A stretch of DNA of 64,000 nt from Octopus sinensis (taxonomy: Eukaryota), in contig NC_043002.1 in the NCBI RefSeq assembly GCF_006345805.1, positions 109,926,001-109,990,000 on the forward strand. Reading direction: 5' to 3'. The position numbers were made by a program, and so were the translations under genes. Under the pieces are notes generated by a model. The model was given only the letters and a program-made list of their open reading frames with translations. It had not been told where the DNA came from and made no database searches. Shown piece by piece: positions 50,093-62,000 of this stretch (positions are counted from its first letter, which is position 1; each line of letters begins with the position of its first letter).

Positions 50093-53000
50093 AGGCGAAT
50101 ATGTGGGAGGAGAAAAGTAAAAGTATAGAGGCGAATATGTGGGAGGAGAAAGGTAAAGGCATAGAGGCGAATATGTGGGAGGAGAAAGGTAAAGGCATAG
50201 AGGCGAATATGTGGGAGGAGAAAGGTTAAGGCATAGAGGCGAATATGTGGGAGGAGAAAGGTTAAGGCATAGAGGCGAATATGTGGGAGGAGAAAGGTAA
50301 AGGTATAGAGGCGAATATGTGGGAGGAGAAAGGTAAAAGTATAGAGGCGAATATGTGGGAGGAGAAAGGTAAAGGTATAGAGGCGAATATGTGGGAGGAG
50401 AAAGGTAAAGGCATAGAGGCGAATATGTGGGAGGAGAAAGGTAAAGGTATAGAGGCGAATATGTGGGAGGAGAAAGGTAAAGGCATAGAGGCGAATATGT
50501 GGGAGGAGAAAAGTAAAAGTATAGAGGCGAATATGTGGGAGGAGAAAAGTAAAAGTATAGAGGCGAATATGTGGGAGGAGAAAGGTAAAGGCATAGAGGC
50601 GAATATGTGGGAGGAGAAAGGTAAAGGCAAAGAGGCGAATATGTGGGAGGAGAAAGGTTAAGGCATAGAGGCGAATATGTGGGAGGAGAAAGGTAAAAGT
50701 ATAGAGGCGAATATGTGGGAGGAGAAAGGTAAAAGTATAGAGGCGAATATGTGGGAGGAGAAAGGTAAAAGTATAGAGGCGAATATGTGGGAGGAGAAAA
50801 GTAAAAGTATAGAGGCGAATATGTGGGAAGAGAAAAGTAAAAGTATAGAGGCGAATATGTGGGAGGAGAAAGGTAAAGGCATAGAGGCGAATATGTGGGA
50901 GGAGAAAGGTAAAGGCATTCAGGCGAATATGTGGGAGGAGAAAGGTAAAAGTTTAGAGGCGAATATGTGGAGGAGAAAGGTAAAGGTAGAGAAGCGAATA
51001 TGTGGGAGGAGAAAGGTAAAGGCATAGAGGCGAATATGTGGGAGGAGAAAGGTAAAGGCATAGAGGCGAATATGTGGGAGGAGAAAGGTAAAGGCATAGA
51101 GGCGAATATGTGGGAGGAGAAAGGTAAAGGCATAGAGGCGAATATGTGGGAGGAGAAAGGTAAAGGCATAGAGGCGAATATGTGGGAGGAGAAAGGTAAA
51201 GGCATAGAGGCGAATATGTGGGAGGAGAAAGGTAAAGGCATAGAGGCGAATATGTGGGAGGAGAAAGGTAAAGGCATACAGGCGAATATGTGGGAGGAGA
51301 AAGGTAAAGGCATAGAGGCGATTATGTGGGAGGAGAAAGGTAAAGGTATAGAGGCGAATATGTGGGAGGAGAAAGGTAAAGGCATAGAGGCGAATATGTG
51401 GGAGGAGAAAGGTAAAGGCATTCAGGCGAATATGTGGGAGGAGAAAGGTAAAAAATTAGAGGCGAATATGTGGGAGGAGAAAGGTAAAGGTAGAGAAGCG
51501 AATATGTGGGAGGAGAAAGGTAAAGGCATAGAGGCGAATATGTGGGAGGAGAAAGGTAAAGGCATAGAGGCGAATACGTGGGAGGAGAAAGGTAAAGGCA
51601 TAGAGGCGAATATGTGGGAGGAGAAAGGTAAAGGCATAGAGGCGAATATGTGGGAGGAGAAAGGTAAAGGCATAGAGGCGAATATGTGGGAGGAGAAAGG
51701 TAAAGGCATAGAGGCGAATATGTGGGAGGAGAAAGGTAAAGGCATAGAGGCGAATATGTGGGAGGAGAAAGGTAAAGGCATACAGGCGAATATGTGGGAG
51801 GAGAAAGGTAAAAGTTTAGAGGCGAATATGTGGGAGGAGAAAGGTAAAGGTATAGAGGCGAATATGTGGGAGGAGAAAGGTAAAGATATAGAGGCGAATA
51901 TGTCAGAGGAGAAAGGTAAAGGTATAGAGGCGAATATGTGGGAGGAGAAAGGTAAAGGTATAGAGGCGAATATGTGGGAGGAGAAAGGTAAAGGTATAGA
52001 GGCGAATATGTGGGAGGAGAAAGGTAAAGGTATGGAGGCGAATATGTGGGAGGAGAAAGGTAAAGGTATAGAGGCGAATATGTGGGAGGAGAAAGGTAAA
52101 AGTTTAGAGGCGAATATGTGGGAGGAGAAAGGTAAAGATATAGAGGCGAATATGTGGGAGGAGAAAGGTAAAGATATAGAGGCGAATATGTCAGAGGAGA
52201 AAGGTAAAGGTATAGAGGCGAATATGTGGGAGGAGAAAGGTAAAGGTATAGAGGCGAATATGTGGGAGGAGAAAGGTAAAGGTACAGAGGCGAATATGTG
52301 GGAGGAGAAAGGTAAAGGTATAGAGGCGAATATGTGGGAGGAGAAAGGTAAAGGCATAGAGGCGAATATGTGGGAGGAGAAAAGTAAAAGTATAGAGGCG
52401 AATATGTGCGAGGAGAAAAGTAAAAGTATAGAGGCGAATATGTGGGAGGAGAAAAGTAAAAGTATAGAGGCGAATATGTGGGAGGAGAAAGGTAAAGGCA
52501 TAGAGGCGAATATGTGGGAGGAGAAAGGTAAAGGCATAGAGGCGAATATGTGGGAGGAGAAAGGTTAAGGCATAGAGGCGAATATGTGGGAGGAGAAAGG
52601 TAAAGGTATAGAGGCGAATATGTGGGAGGAGAAAGGTAAAAGTATAGAGGCGAATATGTGGGAGGAGAAAGGTAAAGGTATAGAGGCGAATATGTGGGAG
52701 GAGAAAAGTAAAGGTATAGAGGCGAATATGTGGGAGGAGAAAGGTAAAGGCATAGAGGCGAATATGTGGGAGGAGAAAGGTAAAGGTATAGAGGCGAATA
52801 TGTGGGAGGAGAAAGGTAAAGGCATAGAGGCGAATATGTGGGAGGAGAAAAGTAAAAGTATAGAGGCGAATATGTGGGAGGAGAAAAGTAAAAGTATAGA
52901 GGCGAATATGTGGGAGGAGAAAGGTAAAGGCATAGAGGCGAATATGTGGGAGGAGAAAGGTAAAGGCATAGAGGCGAATATGTGGGAGGAGAAAGGTTAA

Positions 53001-56000
53001 GGCATAGAGGCGAATATGTGGGAGGAGAAAGGTAAAAGTATAGAGGCGAATATGTGGGAGGAGAAAGGTAAAAGTATAGAGGCGAATATGTGGGAGGAGA
53101 AAGGTAAAAGTATAGAGGCGAATATGTGGGAGGAGAAAAGTAAAAGTATAGAGGCGAATATGTGGGAAGAGAAAAGTAAAAGTATAGAGGCGAATATGTG
53201 GGAGGAGAAAGGTAAAAGTATAGAGGCGAATATGTGGGAGGAGAAAGGTAAAGGTATAGAGGCGAATATGTGGGAGGAGAAAGGTAAAGGTATAGAGGCG
53301 AATATGTGGGAGGAGAAAGGTAAAGGTATAGAGGCGAATATGTGGGAGGAGAAAGGTAAAGGCATAGAGGCGAATATGTGGGAGGAGAAAGGTAAAGGTA
53401 TAGAGGCGAATATGTGGGAGGAGAAAGCTAAAGGCATAGAGGCGAATATGTGGAAGGAGAAAAGTAAAAGTATAGAGGCGAATATGTGGGAGGAGAAAAG
53501 TAAAAGTATAGAGGCGAATATGTGGGAGGAGAAAGGTAAAGGCATAGAGGCGAATATGTGGGAGGAGAAAGGTAAAGACATAGAGACGAATATGTGGGAG
53601 GAGAAAGGTTAAGGCATAGAGGCGAATATGTGGGAGGAGAAAGGTAAAAGTATAGAGGCGAATATGTGGGAGGAGAAAGGTAAAAGTATAGAGGCGAATA
53701 TGTGGGAGGAGAAAGGTAAAAGTATAGAGGCGAATATGTGGGAGGAGAAAAGTAAAAGTATGGATGCGAATATGTGGGAGGAGAAAAGTAAAAGTATAGA
53801 GGCGAATATGTGGGAGGAGAAAGGTAAAAGTATAGAGGCGAATATGTGGGAGGGGAAAGGTAAAGGTATAGAGGCGAATATGTGGGAGGAGAAAGGTAAA
53901 GGTATAGAGGCGAATATGTGGGAGGAGAAAGGTAAAGGTATAGAGGCGAATATGTGGGAGGAGAAAGGTAAAGGTATAGAGGCGAATATGTGGGAGGAGA
54001 AAGGTAAAGGTATAGAGGCGAATATGTGGGAGGAGAAAGGTAAAGGTATAGAGGCGAATATGTGGGAGGAGAAAGGTAAAAGCATTGAGGCGAATATGTG
54101 GGAGGAGAAAGGTAAAGGCATAGAGGCGAATATGTGGGAGGAGAAAAGTAAAGGTATAGAGGCGAATATGTGGGAGGAGAAAGGTAAAGGTATAGAGGCG
54201 AATATGTGGGAGGAGAAAGGTAAAGGCATAGAGGCGAATATGTGGGAGGAGAAAGGTAAAGGTATAGAGGCGAATATGTGGGAGGAGAAAGGTAAAGGTA
54301 TAGAGGCGAATATGTGGGAGGAGAAAGGTAAAGGTATAGGGGCGAATATGTGGGAGGAGAAAGGTAAAGGTATAGAGGCGAATATGTGGGAGGAGAAAGG
54401 TAAAGGTATAGAGGCGAATATGTGGGAGGAGAAAGGTAAAGGTATAGAGGCGAATATGTGGGAGGAGAAAGGTAAAGGTATAGAGGCGAATATGTGGGAG
54501 GAGAAAGGTAAAGGCATAGAGGCGAATATGTGGGAGGAGAAAGGTAAAGGTATAGAGGCGAATATGTGGGAGGAGAAAGGTAAAGGCATAGAGGCGAATA
54601 TGTGGGAGGAGAAAGGTAAAGGCATAGAGGCGAATATGTGGGAGGAGAAAGGTAAAAGTATAGAGGCGAATATGTGGGAGGAGAAAGGTAAAAGTATAGA
54701 GGCGAATATGTGGGAGGAGAAAAGTAAAGGTATAGAGGCGAATATGTGGGAGGAGAAAGGTAAAGGTATAGAGGCGAATATGTGGGAGGAGAAAGGTAAA
54801 GGCATAGAGGCAAATATGTGGGAGGAGAAAGGTAAAGGTATAGAGGCGAATATGTGGGAGGAGAAAGGTAAAGGTATAGAGGCGAATATGTGGGAGGAGA
54901 AAGGTAAAGGTATAGAGGCGAATATGTCGGAGGAGAAAGGTAAAGGTATAGAGGCGAAATGTGGGAGGAGAAAGGTAAAGGTATAGAGGCGAAATGTGGG
55001 AGGAGAAAAGTAAAGTATAGAGGCGAATATGTGGGAGGAGAAAGGTAAAAGTATAGAGGCGAATATGTGGGAAGAGAAAGGTAAAGATATAGAGGCGAAT
55101 ATGTGGGAGGAGAAAGGTAAAGGCATAGAGGCGAATATGTGGGAGGAGAAAGGTAAAGGTATAGAGGCGAATATGTGGGAGGAGAAAGGTAAAGGTATAG
55201 AGGCGAATATGTGGGAGGAGGAAGGTAAAGGTATAGAGGCGAATATGTGGGAGGAGAAAGGTAAAGGCATAAAGGCGAATATGTGGGAGGAGAAAGGTAA
55301 AGATATAGAGGCGAATATGTGGGAGGAGAAAGGTAAAGGTATAGAGGCGAATATGTGGGAGGAGAAAGGTAAAGGTATAGAAGCGAATATGTGGGAGGAG
55401 AAAGGTAAAGGTATAGAGGCGAATATGTGGGAGGAGAAAGGTAAAGGTATAGAGGCGAATATGTGGGAGGAGAAAGGTAAAGGTATAGAGGCGAATATGT
55501 GAGAGGAGAAAGGTAAAGGTATAGAGGCGAATATGTGGGAGGAGAAAGGTAAAGGTATAGAGGCGAATATGTGGGAGGAGAAAGGTAAAGGTATAGAGGC
55601 GAATATGTGGGAGGAGAAAGGTAAAGGTATAGAGGCGAATATGTGGGAGGAGAAAGGTAAAGGTATAGAAGCGAATATGTGGGAGGAGAAAGGTAAAGGT
55701 ATAGAGGCGAATATGTGGGAGGAGAAAGGTAAAGGTATAGAGGCGAATATGTGGGAGGAGAAAAGTAAAGGTATAGAGGCGAATATGTGGGAAGAAAGGT
55801 AAAGGTATAGAGGCGAATATGTGGGAGGAGAAAGGTAAAGGTATAGAGGCGAATATGTGGGAGGAGAAAGGTAAAGGTATAGAGGCGAATATGTGGGAGG
55901 AGAAAAGTAAAGGTATAGAGGCGAATATGTGGGAGGAGAAAGGTAAAGGTATAGAGGCGATTATGTGGGAGGAGAAAGGTAAAGGTATAGAGGCGAAAAT

Positions 56001-59000
56001 GTGGGAGGAGAAAAGTAAAAGTATAGAGGCGAATATGTGGGAGGAGAAAAGTAAAAGTATAGAGGCGAATATGTGGGAGGAGAAAGGTAAAGGTATAGAG
56101 GCGAATATGTGGGAGGAGAAAGGTAAAGGCATAGAGGCGAATATGTGGGAGGAGAAAGGTAAAGGTATAGAGGCGAATATGTGGGAAGAGAAAGGTAAAG
56201 GTATAGAGGCGAATATGTGGGAGGAGAAAAGTAAAGATATAGAGGCGAATATGTGGGAGGAGAAAGGTAAAGGTATAGAGGCGAATATGTGGGAGGAGAA
56301 AGGTAAAGGTATAGAGGCGAAAATGTGGGAGGAGAAAAGTAAAAGTATAGAGGCGAATATGTGGGAGGAGAAAAGTAAAAGTATAGAGGCGAATATGTGG
56401 GAGGAGAAAGGTAAAGGTATAGAGGCGAATATGTGGGAGGAGAAAGGTAAAGGAATAGAGGCGAATATGTGGGAGGAGAAAGGTAAAGGTATAGAGGCGA
56501 ATATGTGGGAGGAGAAAGGTAAAGGTATAGAGGCGAATATGTGGGAGGAGAAAGGTAAAGGTATAGAGGCGAATATGTGGGAGGAGAAAGGTAAAGGTAT
56601 AGAGGCGAATATGTGGGAAGAAAGGTAAAGGTATAGAGGCGAATATGTGGGAGGAGAAAGGTAAAGGTATAGAGGCGAATATGTGGGAGGAGAAAGGTAA
56701 AGGTATAGAGGCGAATATGTGGGAGGAGAAAAGTAAAGGTATAGAGGCGAATATGTGGGAGGAGAAAGGTAAAGGTATAGAGGCGAAAATGTGGGAGGAG
56801 AAAAGTAAAGGTATAGAGGCGAATATGTGGGAGGAGAAAAGTAAAAGTATAGAGGCGAATATGTGGGAGGAGAAAGGTAAAACTATAGAGGCGAATATGT
56901 GGGAGGAGAAAAGTAAAGGTATAGAGGCGAATATGTGGGAGGAGAAAGGTAAAGGTATAGAGGCGAATATGTGGGAGGAGAAAGGTAAAGGTATAGAGGC
57001 GAATATGTGGGAGGAGAAAGGTAAAGGCATAGAGGCGAATATGTGGGAGGAGAAAAGTAAAAGTATAGAGGCGAATATGTGGGAGGAGAAAAGTAAAAGT
57101 ATAGAGGCGAATATGTGGGAGGAGAAAGGTAAAGGCATAGAGGCGAATATGTGGGAGGAGAAAGGTAAAGGCATAGAGGCGAATGTGGGAGGAGAAAGGT
57201 AAGGCATAGAGGCGAATATGTGGGAGGAGAAAGGTAAAAGTATAGAGGCGAATATGTGGGAGGAGAAAGGTAAAAGTATAGAGGCGAATATGTGGGAGGA
57301 GAAAGGTAAAAGTATAGAGGCGAATATGTGGGAGGAGAAAAGTAAAAGTATAGAGGCGAATATGTGGGAAGGAGAAAGTAAAGTATAGAGGCGAATATGT
57401 GGGAGGAGAAAGGTAAAAGTATAGAGGCGAATATGTGGGAGGAGAAAGGTAAAGGTATAGAGGCGAATATGTGGGAGGAGAAAGGTAAAGGTATAGAGGC
57501 GAATATGTGGGAGGAGAAAGGTAAAGGTATAGAGGCGAATATGTGGGAGGAGAAAGGTAAAGGCATAGAGGCGAATATGTGGGAGGAGAAAGGTAAAGGT
57601 ATAGAGGCGAATATGTGGGAGGAGAAAGGTAAAGGTATAGAGGCGAATATGTGGGAGGAGAAAAGTAAAAGTATAGAGGCGAATATGTGGGAGGAGAAAA
57701 GTAAAAGTATAGAGGCGAATATGTGGGAGGAGAAAGGTAAAGGTATAGAGGCGAATATGTGGGAGGAGAAAGGTAAAGACATAGAGACGAATATGTGGGA
57801 GGAGAAAGGTTAAGGCATAGAGGCGAATATGTGGGAGGAGAAAGGTAAAAGTATAGAGGCGAATATGTGGGAGGAGAAAGGTAAAAGTATAGAGGCGAAT
57901 ATGTGGGAGGAGAAAGGTAAAAGTATAGAGGCGAATATGTGGGAGGAGAAAGGTAAAGTATGAGGCGAATATGTGGGAGGAGAAAGTAAAAGTATAGAGG
58001 CGAATATGTGGGAGGAGAAAGGTAAAAGTATAGAGGCGAATATGTGGGAGGGGAAAGGTAAAGGTATAGAGGCGAATATGTGGGAGGAGAAAGGTAAAGG
58101 TATAGAGGCGAATATGTGGGAGGAGAAAGGTAAAGGTATAGAGGCGAATATGTGGGAGGAGAAAGGTAAAGGTATAGAGGCGAATATGTGGGAGGAGAAA
58201 GGTAAAGGTATAGAGGCGAATATGTGGGAGGAGAAAGGTAAAGGTATAGAGGCGAATATGTGGGAGGAGAAAGGTAAAAGCATTGAGGCGAATATGTGGG
58301 AGGAGAAAGGTAAAGGCATAGAGGCGAATATGTGGGAGGAGAAAGTAAAGGTATAGAGGCGAATATGTGGGAGGAGAAAGGTAAAAGTATAGAGGCGAAT
58401 ATGTGGGAGGAGAAAGGTAAAGGCATAGAGGCGAATATGTGGGAGGAGAAAGGTAAAGGTATAGAGGCGAATATGTGGGAGGAGAAAGGTAAAGGTATAG
58501 AGGCGAATATGTGGGAGGAGAAAGGTAAAGGTATAGAGGCGAATATGTGGGAGGAGAAAGGTAAAGGTATAGAGGCGAATATGTGGGAGGAGAAAGGTAA
58601 AGGTATAGAGGCGAATATGTGGGAGGAGAAAGGTAAAGGTATAGAGGCGAATATGTGGGAGGAGAAAGGTAAAGGTATAGAGGCGAATATGTGGGAGGAG
58701 AAAGGTAAAGGTATAGAGGCGAATATGTGGGAGGAGAAAGGTAAAGGTATAGAGGCGAATATGTGGGAGGAGAAAGGTAAAGGCATAGAGGCGAATATGT
58801 GGGAGGAGAAAGGTAAAGGCATAGAGGCGAATATGTGGGAGGAGAAAGGTAAAAGTATAGAGGCGAATATGTGGGAGGAGAAAGGTAAAAGTATAGAGGC
58901 GAATATGTGGGAGGAGAAAAGTAAAGGTATAGAGGCGAATATGTGGGAGGAGAAATGTAAAGGTATAGAGGCGAATATGTGGGAGGAGAAAGGTAAAGGC

Positions 59001-62000
59001 ATAGAGGCAATATGTGGGAGGAGAAAGGTAAAGGTATAGAGGCGAATATGTGGGAGGAGAAAGGTAAAGGTATAGAGGCGAATATGTGGGAGGAGAAAGG
59101 TAAAGGTATAGAGGCGAATATGTCGGAGGAGAAAGGTAAAGGTATAGAGGCGAAATGTGGGAGGAGAAAGGTAAAGGTATAGAGGCGAAATGTGGGAGGA
59201 GAAAGTAAAAGTATAGAGGCGAATATGTGGGAGGAGAAAAGTAAAAGTATAGAGGCGAATATGTGGGAGGAGAAAGGTAAAGATATAGAGGCGAATATGT
59301 GGGAGGAGAAAGGTAAAGGCATAGAGGCGAATATGTGGGAGGAGAAAGGTAAAGGTATAGAGGCGAATATGTGGGAGGAGAAAGGTAAAGGTATAGAGGC
59401 GAATATGTGGGAGGAGGAAGGTAAAGGTATAGAGGCGAATATGTGGGAGGAGAAAGGTAAAGGCATAGAGGCGAATATGTGGGAGGAGAAAGGTAAAGAT
59501 ATAGAGGCGAATATGTGGGAGGAGAAAGGTAAAGGTATAGAGGCGAATATGTGGGAGGAGAAAGGTAAAGGTATAGAGGCGAATATGTGGGAGGAGAAAG
59601 GTAAAGGTATAGAGGCGAATATGTGGGAGGAGAAAGGTAAAGGTATAGAGGCGAATATGTGGGAGGAGAAAGGTAAAGGTATAGAGGCGAATATGTGGAG
59701 GAGAAAGGTAAAGGTATAGAGGCGAATATGTGGGAGGAGAAAGGTAAAGGTATAGAGGCGAATATGTGGGAGGAGAAAGGTAAAGGTATAGAGGCGAATA
59801 TGTGGGAGGAGAAAGGTAAAGGTATAGAGGCGAATATGTGGGAGGAGAAAGGTAAAGGTATAGAAGCGAATATGTGGGAGGAGAAAGGTAAAGGTATAGA
59901 GGCGAATATGTGGGAGGAGAAAGGTAAAGGTATAGAAGCGAATATGTGGGAGGAGAAAGGTAAAGGTATAGAGGCGAATATGTGGGAAAAGAAAGGTAAA
60001 GGTATAGAGGCGAATATGTGGGAGGAGAAAGGTAAAGGTATAGAGGCGAATATGTGGGAGGAGAAAGGTAAAGGTATAGAGGCGAATATGTGGGAGGAGA
60101 AAAGTAAAGGTATAGAGGCGAATATGTGGGAGGAGAAAGGTAAAGGTATAGAGGCGATTATGTGGGAGGAGAAAGGTAAAGGTATAGAGGCGAAATGTGG
60201 GAGGAGAAAAGGAAAAGTATAGAGGCGAATATGTGGGAGGAGAAAAGTAAAAGTATAGAGGCGAATATGTGGGAGGAGAAAGGTAAAGGTATAGAGGCGA
60301 ATATGTGGGAGGAGAAAGGTAAAGGCATAGAGGCGAATATGTGGGAGGAGAAAGGTAAAGGTATAGAGGCGAATATGTGGGAGGAGAAAGGTAAAGGTAT
60401 AGAGGCGAATATGTGGGAGGAGAAAAGTAAAGATATAGAGGCGAATATGTGGGAGGAGAAAGGTAAAGGTATAGAGGCGAATATGTGGGAGGAGAAAGGT
60501 AAAGGTATAGAGGCGAAAATGTGGGAGGAGAAAAGTAAAAGTATAGAGGCGAATATGTGGGAGGAGAAAGGTAAAGGTATAGAGGCGAATATGTGGGAGG
60601 AGAAAGGTAAAGGAATAGAGGCGAATATGTGGGAGGAGAAAGGTAAAGGTATAGAGGCGAATATGTGGGAGGAGAAAGGTAAAGGTATAGAGGCGAATAT
60701 GTGGGAGGAGAAAGGTAAAGGTATAGAAGCGAATATGTGGGAGGAGAAAGGTAAAGGTATAGAGGCGAATATGTGGGAAAGAAAGGTAAAGGTATAGAGG
60801 CGAATATGTGGGCGGAGAAAGGTAAAGGTATAGAGGCGAATATGTGGGAGGAGAAAGGTAAAGGTATAGAGGCGAATATGTGGGAGGAGAAAAGTAAAGG
60901 TATAGAGGCGAATATGTGGGAGGAGAAAGGTAAAGGTATAGAGGCGAAAATGTGGGAGGAGAAAAGTAAAGGTATAGAGGCGAATATGTGGGAGGAGAAA
61001 AGTAAAAGTATAGAGGCGAATATGTGGGAGGAGAAAGGTAAAGGTATAGAGGCGAATATGTGGGAGGAGAAAGGTAAAGCCATAGAGGCGAATATGTGGG
61101 AGGAGAAAGGTAAAGGTATAGAGGCGAATATGTGGGAGGAGAAAGGTAAAGGTATAGAGGCGAATATGAGGGAGGAGAAAGGTAAAGGTATAGAGGCGAA
61201 TATGTGGGAGGAGAAAGGTAAAGGTATAGAAGCGAATATGTGGGAGGAGAAAGGTAAAGGTATAGAGGCGAATATGTGGGAAAAGAAAGGTAAAGGTATA
61301 GAGGCGAATATGTGGGAGGAGAAAGGTAAAGGTATAGAGGCGAATATGTGGGAGGAGAAAGGTAAAGGTATAGAGGCGAATATGTGGGAGGAGAAAAGTA
61401 AAGGTATAGAGGCGAATATGTGGGAGGAGAAAGGTAAAGGTATAGAGGCGAAAATGTGGGAGGAGAAAGGTAAAGGTATAGAGGCGAAAATGTGGGAGGA
61501 GAAAAGTAAAAGTATAGAGGCGAATATGTGGGAGGAGAAAGGTAAAGGTATAGAGGCGAAAATGTGGGAGGAGAAAGTAAAAGTATAGAGGCGAATATGT
61601 GGGAGGAGAAAGTAAAAGTATAGAGGCGAATATGTGGGAGGAGAAAGGTAAAGGTATAGAGGCGAATATGTGGGAGGAGAAAGGTAAAGGCATAGAGGCG
61701 AATATGTGGGAGGAGAAAGGTAAAGGTATAGAGGCGAATATGTGGGAGGAGAAAGGTAAAGGTATAGAGGCGAATATGTGGGAGGAGAAAGTAAAGATAT
61801 AGAGGCGAATATGTGGGAGGAGAAAGGTAAAGGTATAGAGGCGAATATGTGGGAGGAGAAAGGTAAAGGTATAGAGGCGAAAATGTGGGAGGAGGAAAGT
61901 AAAGTATAGAGGCGAATATGTGGGAGGAGAAAAGTAAAAGTATAGAGGCGAATATGTGGGAGGAGAAAGGTAAAGGTATAGAGGCGAATATGTGGGAGGA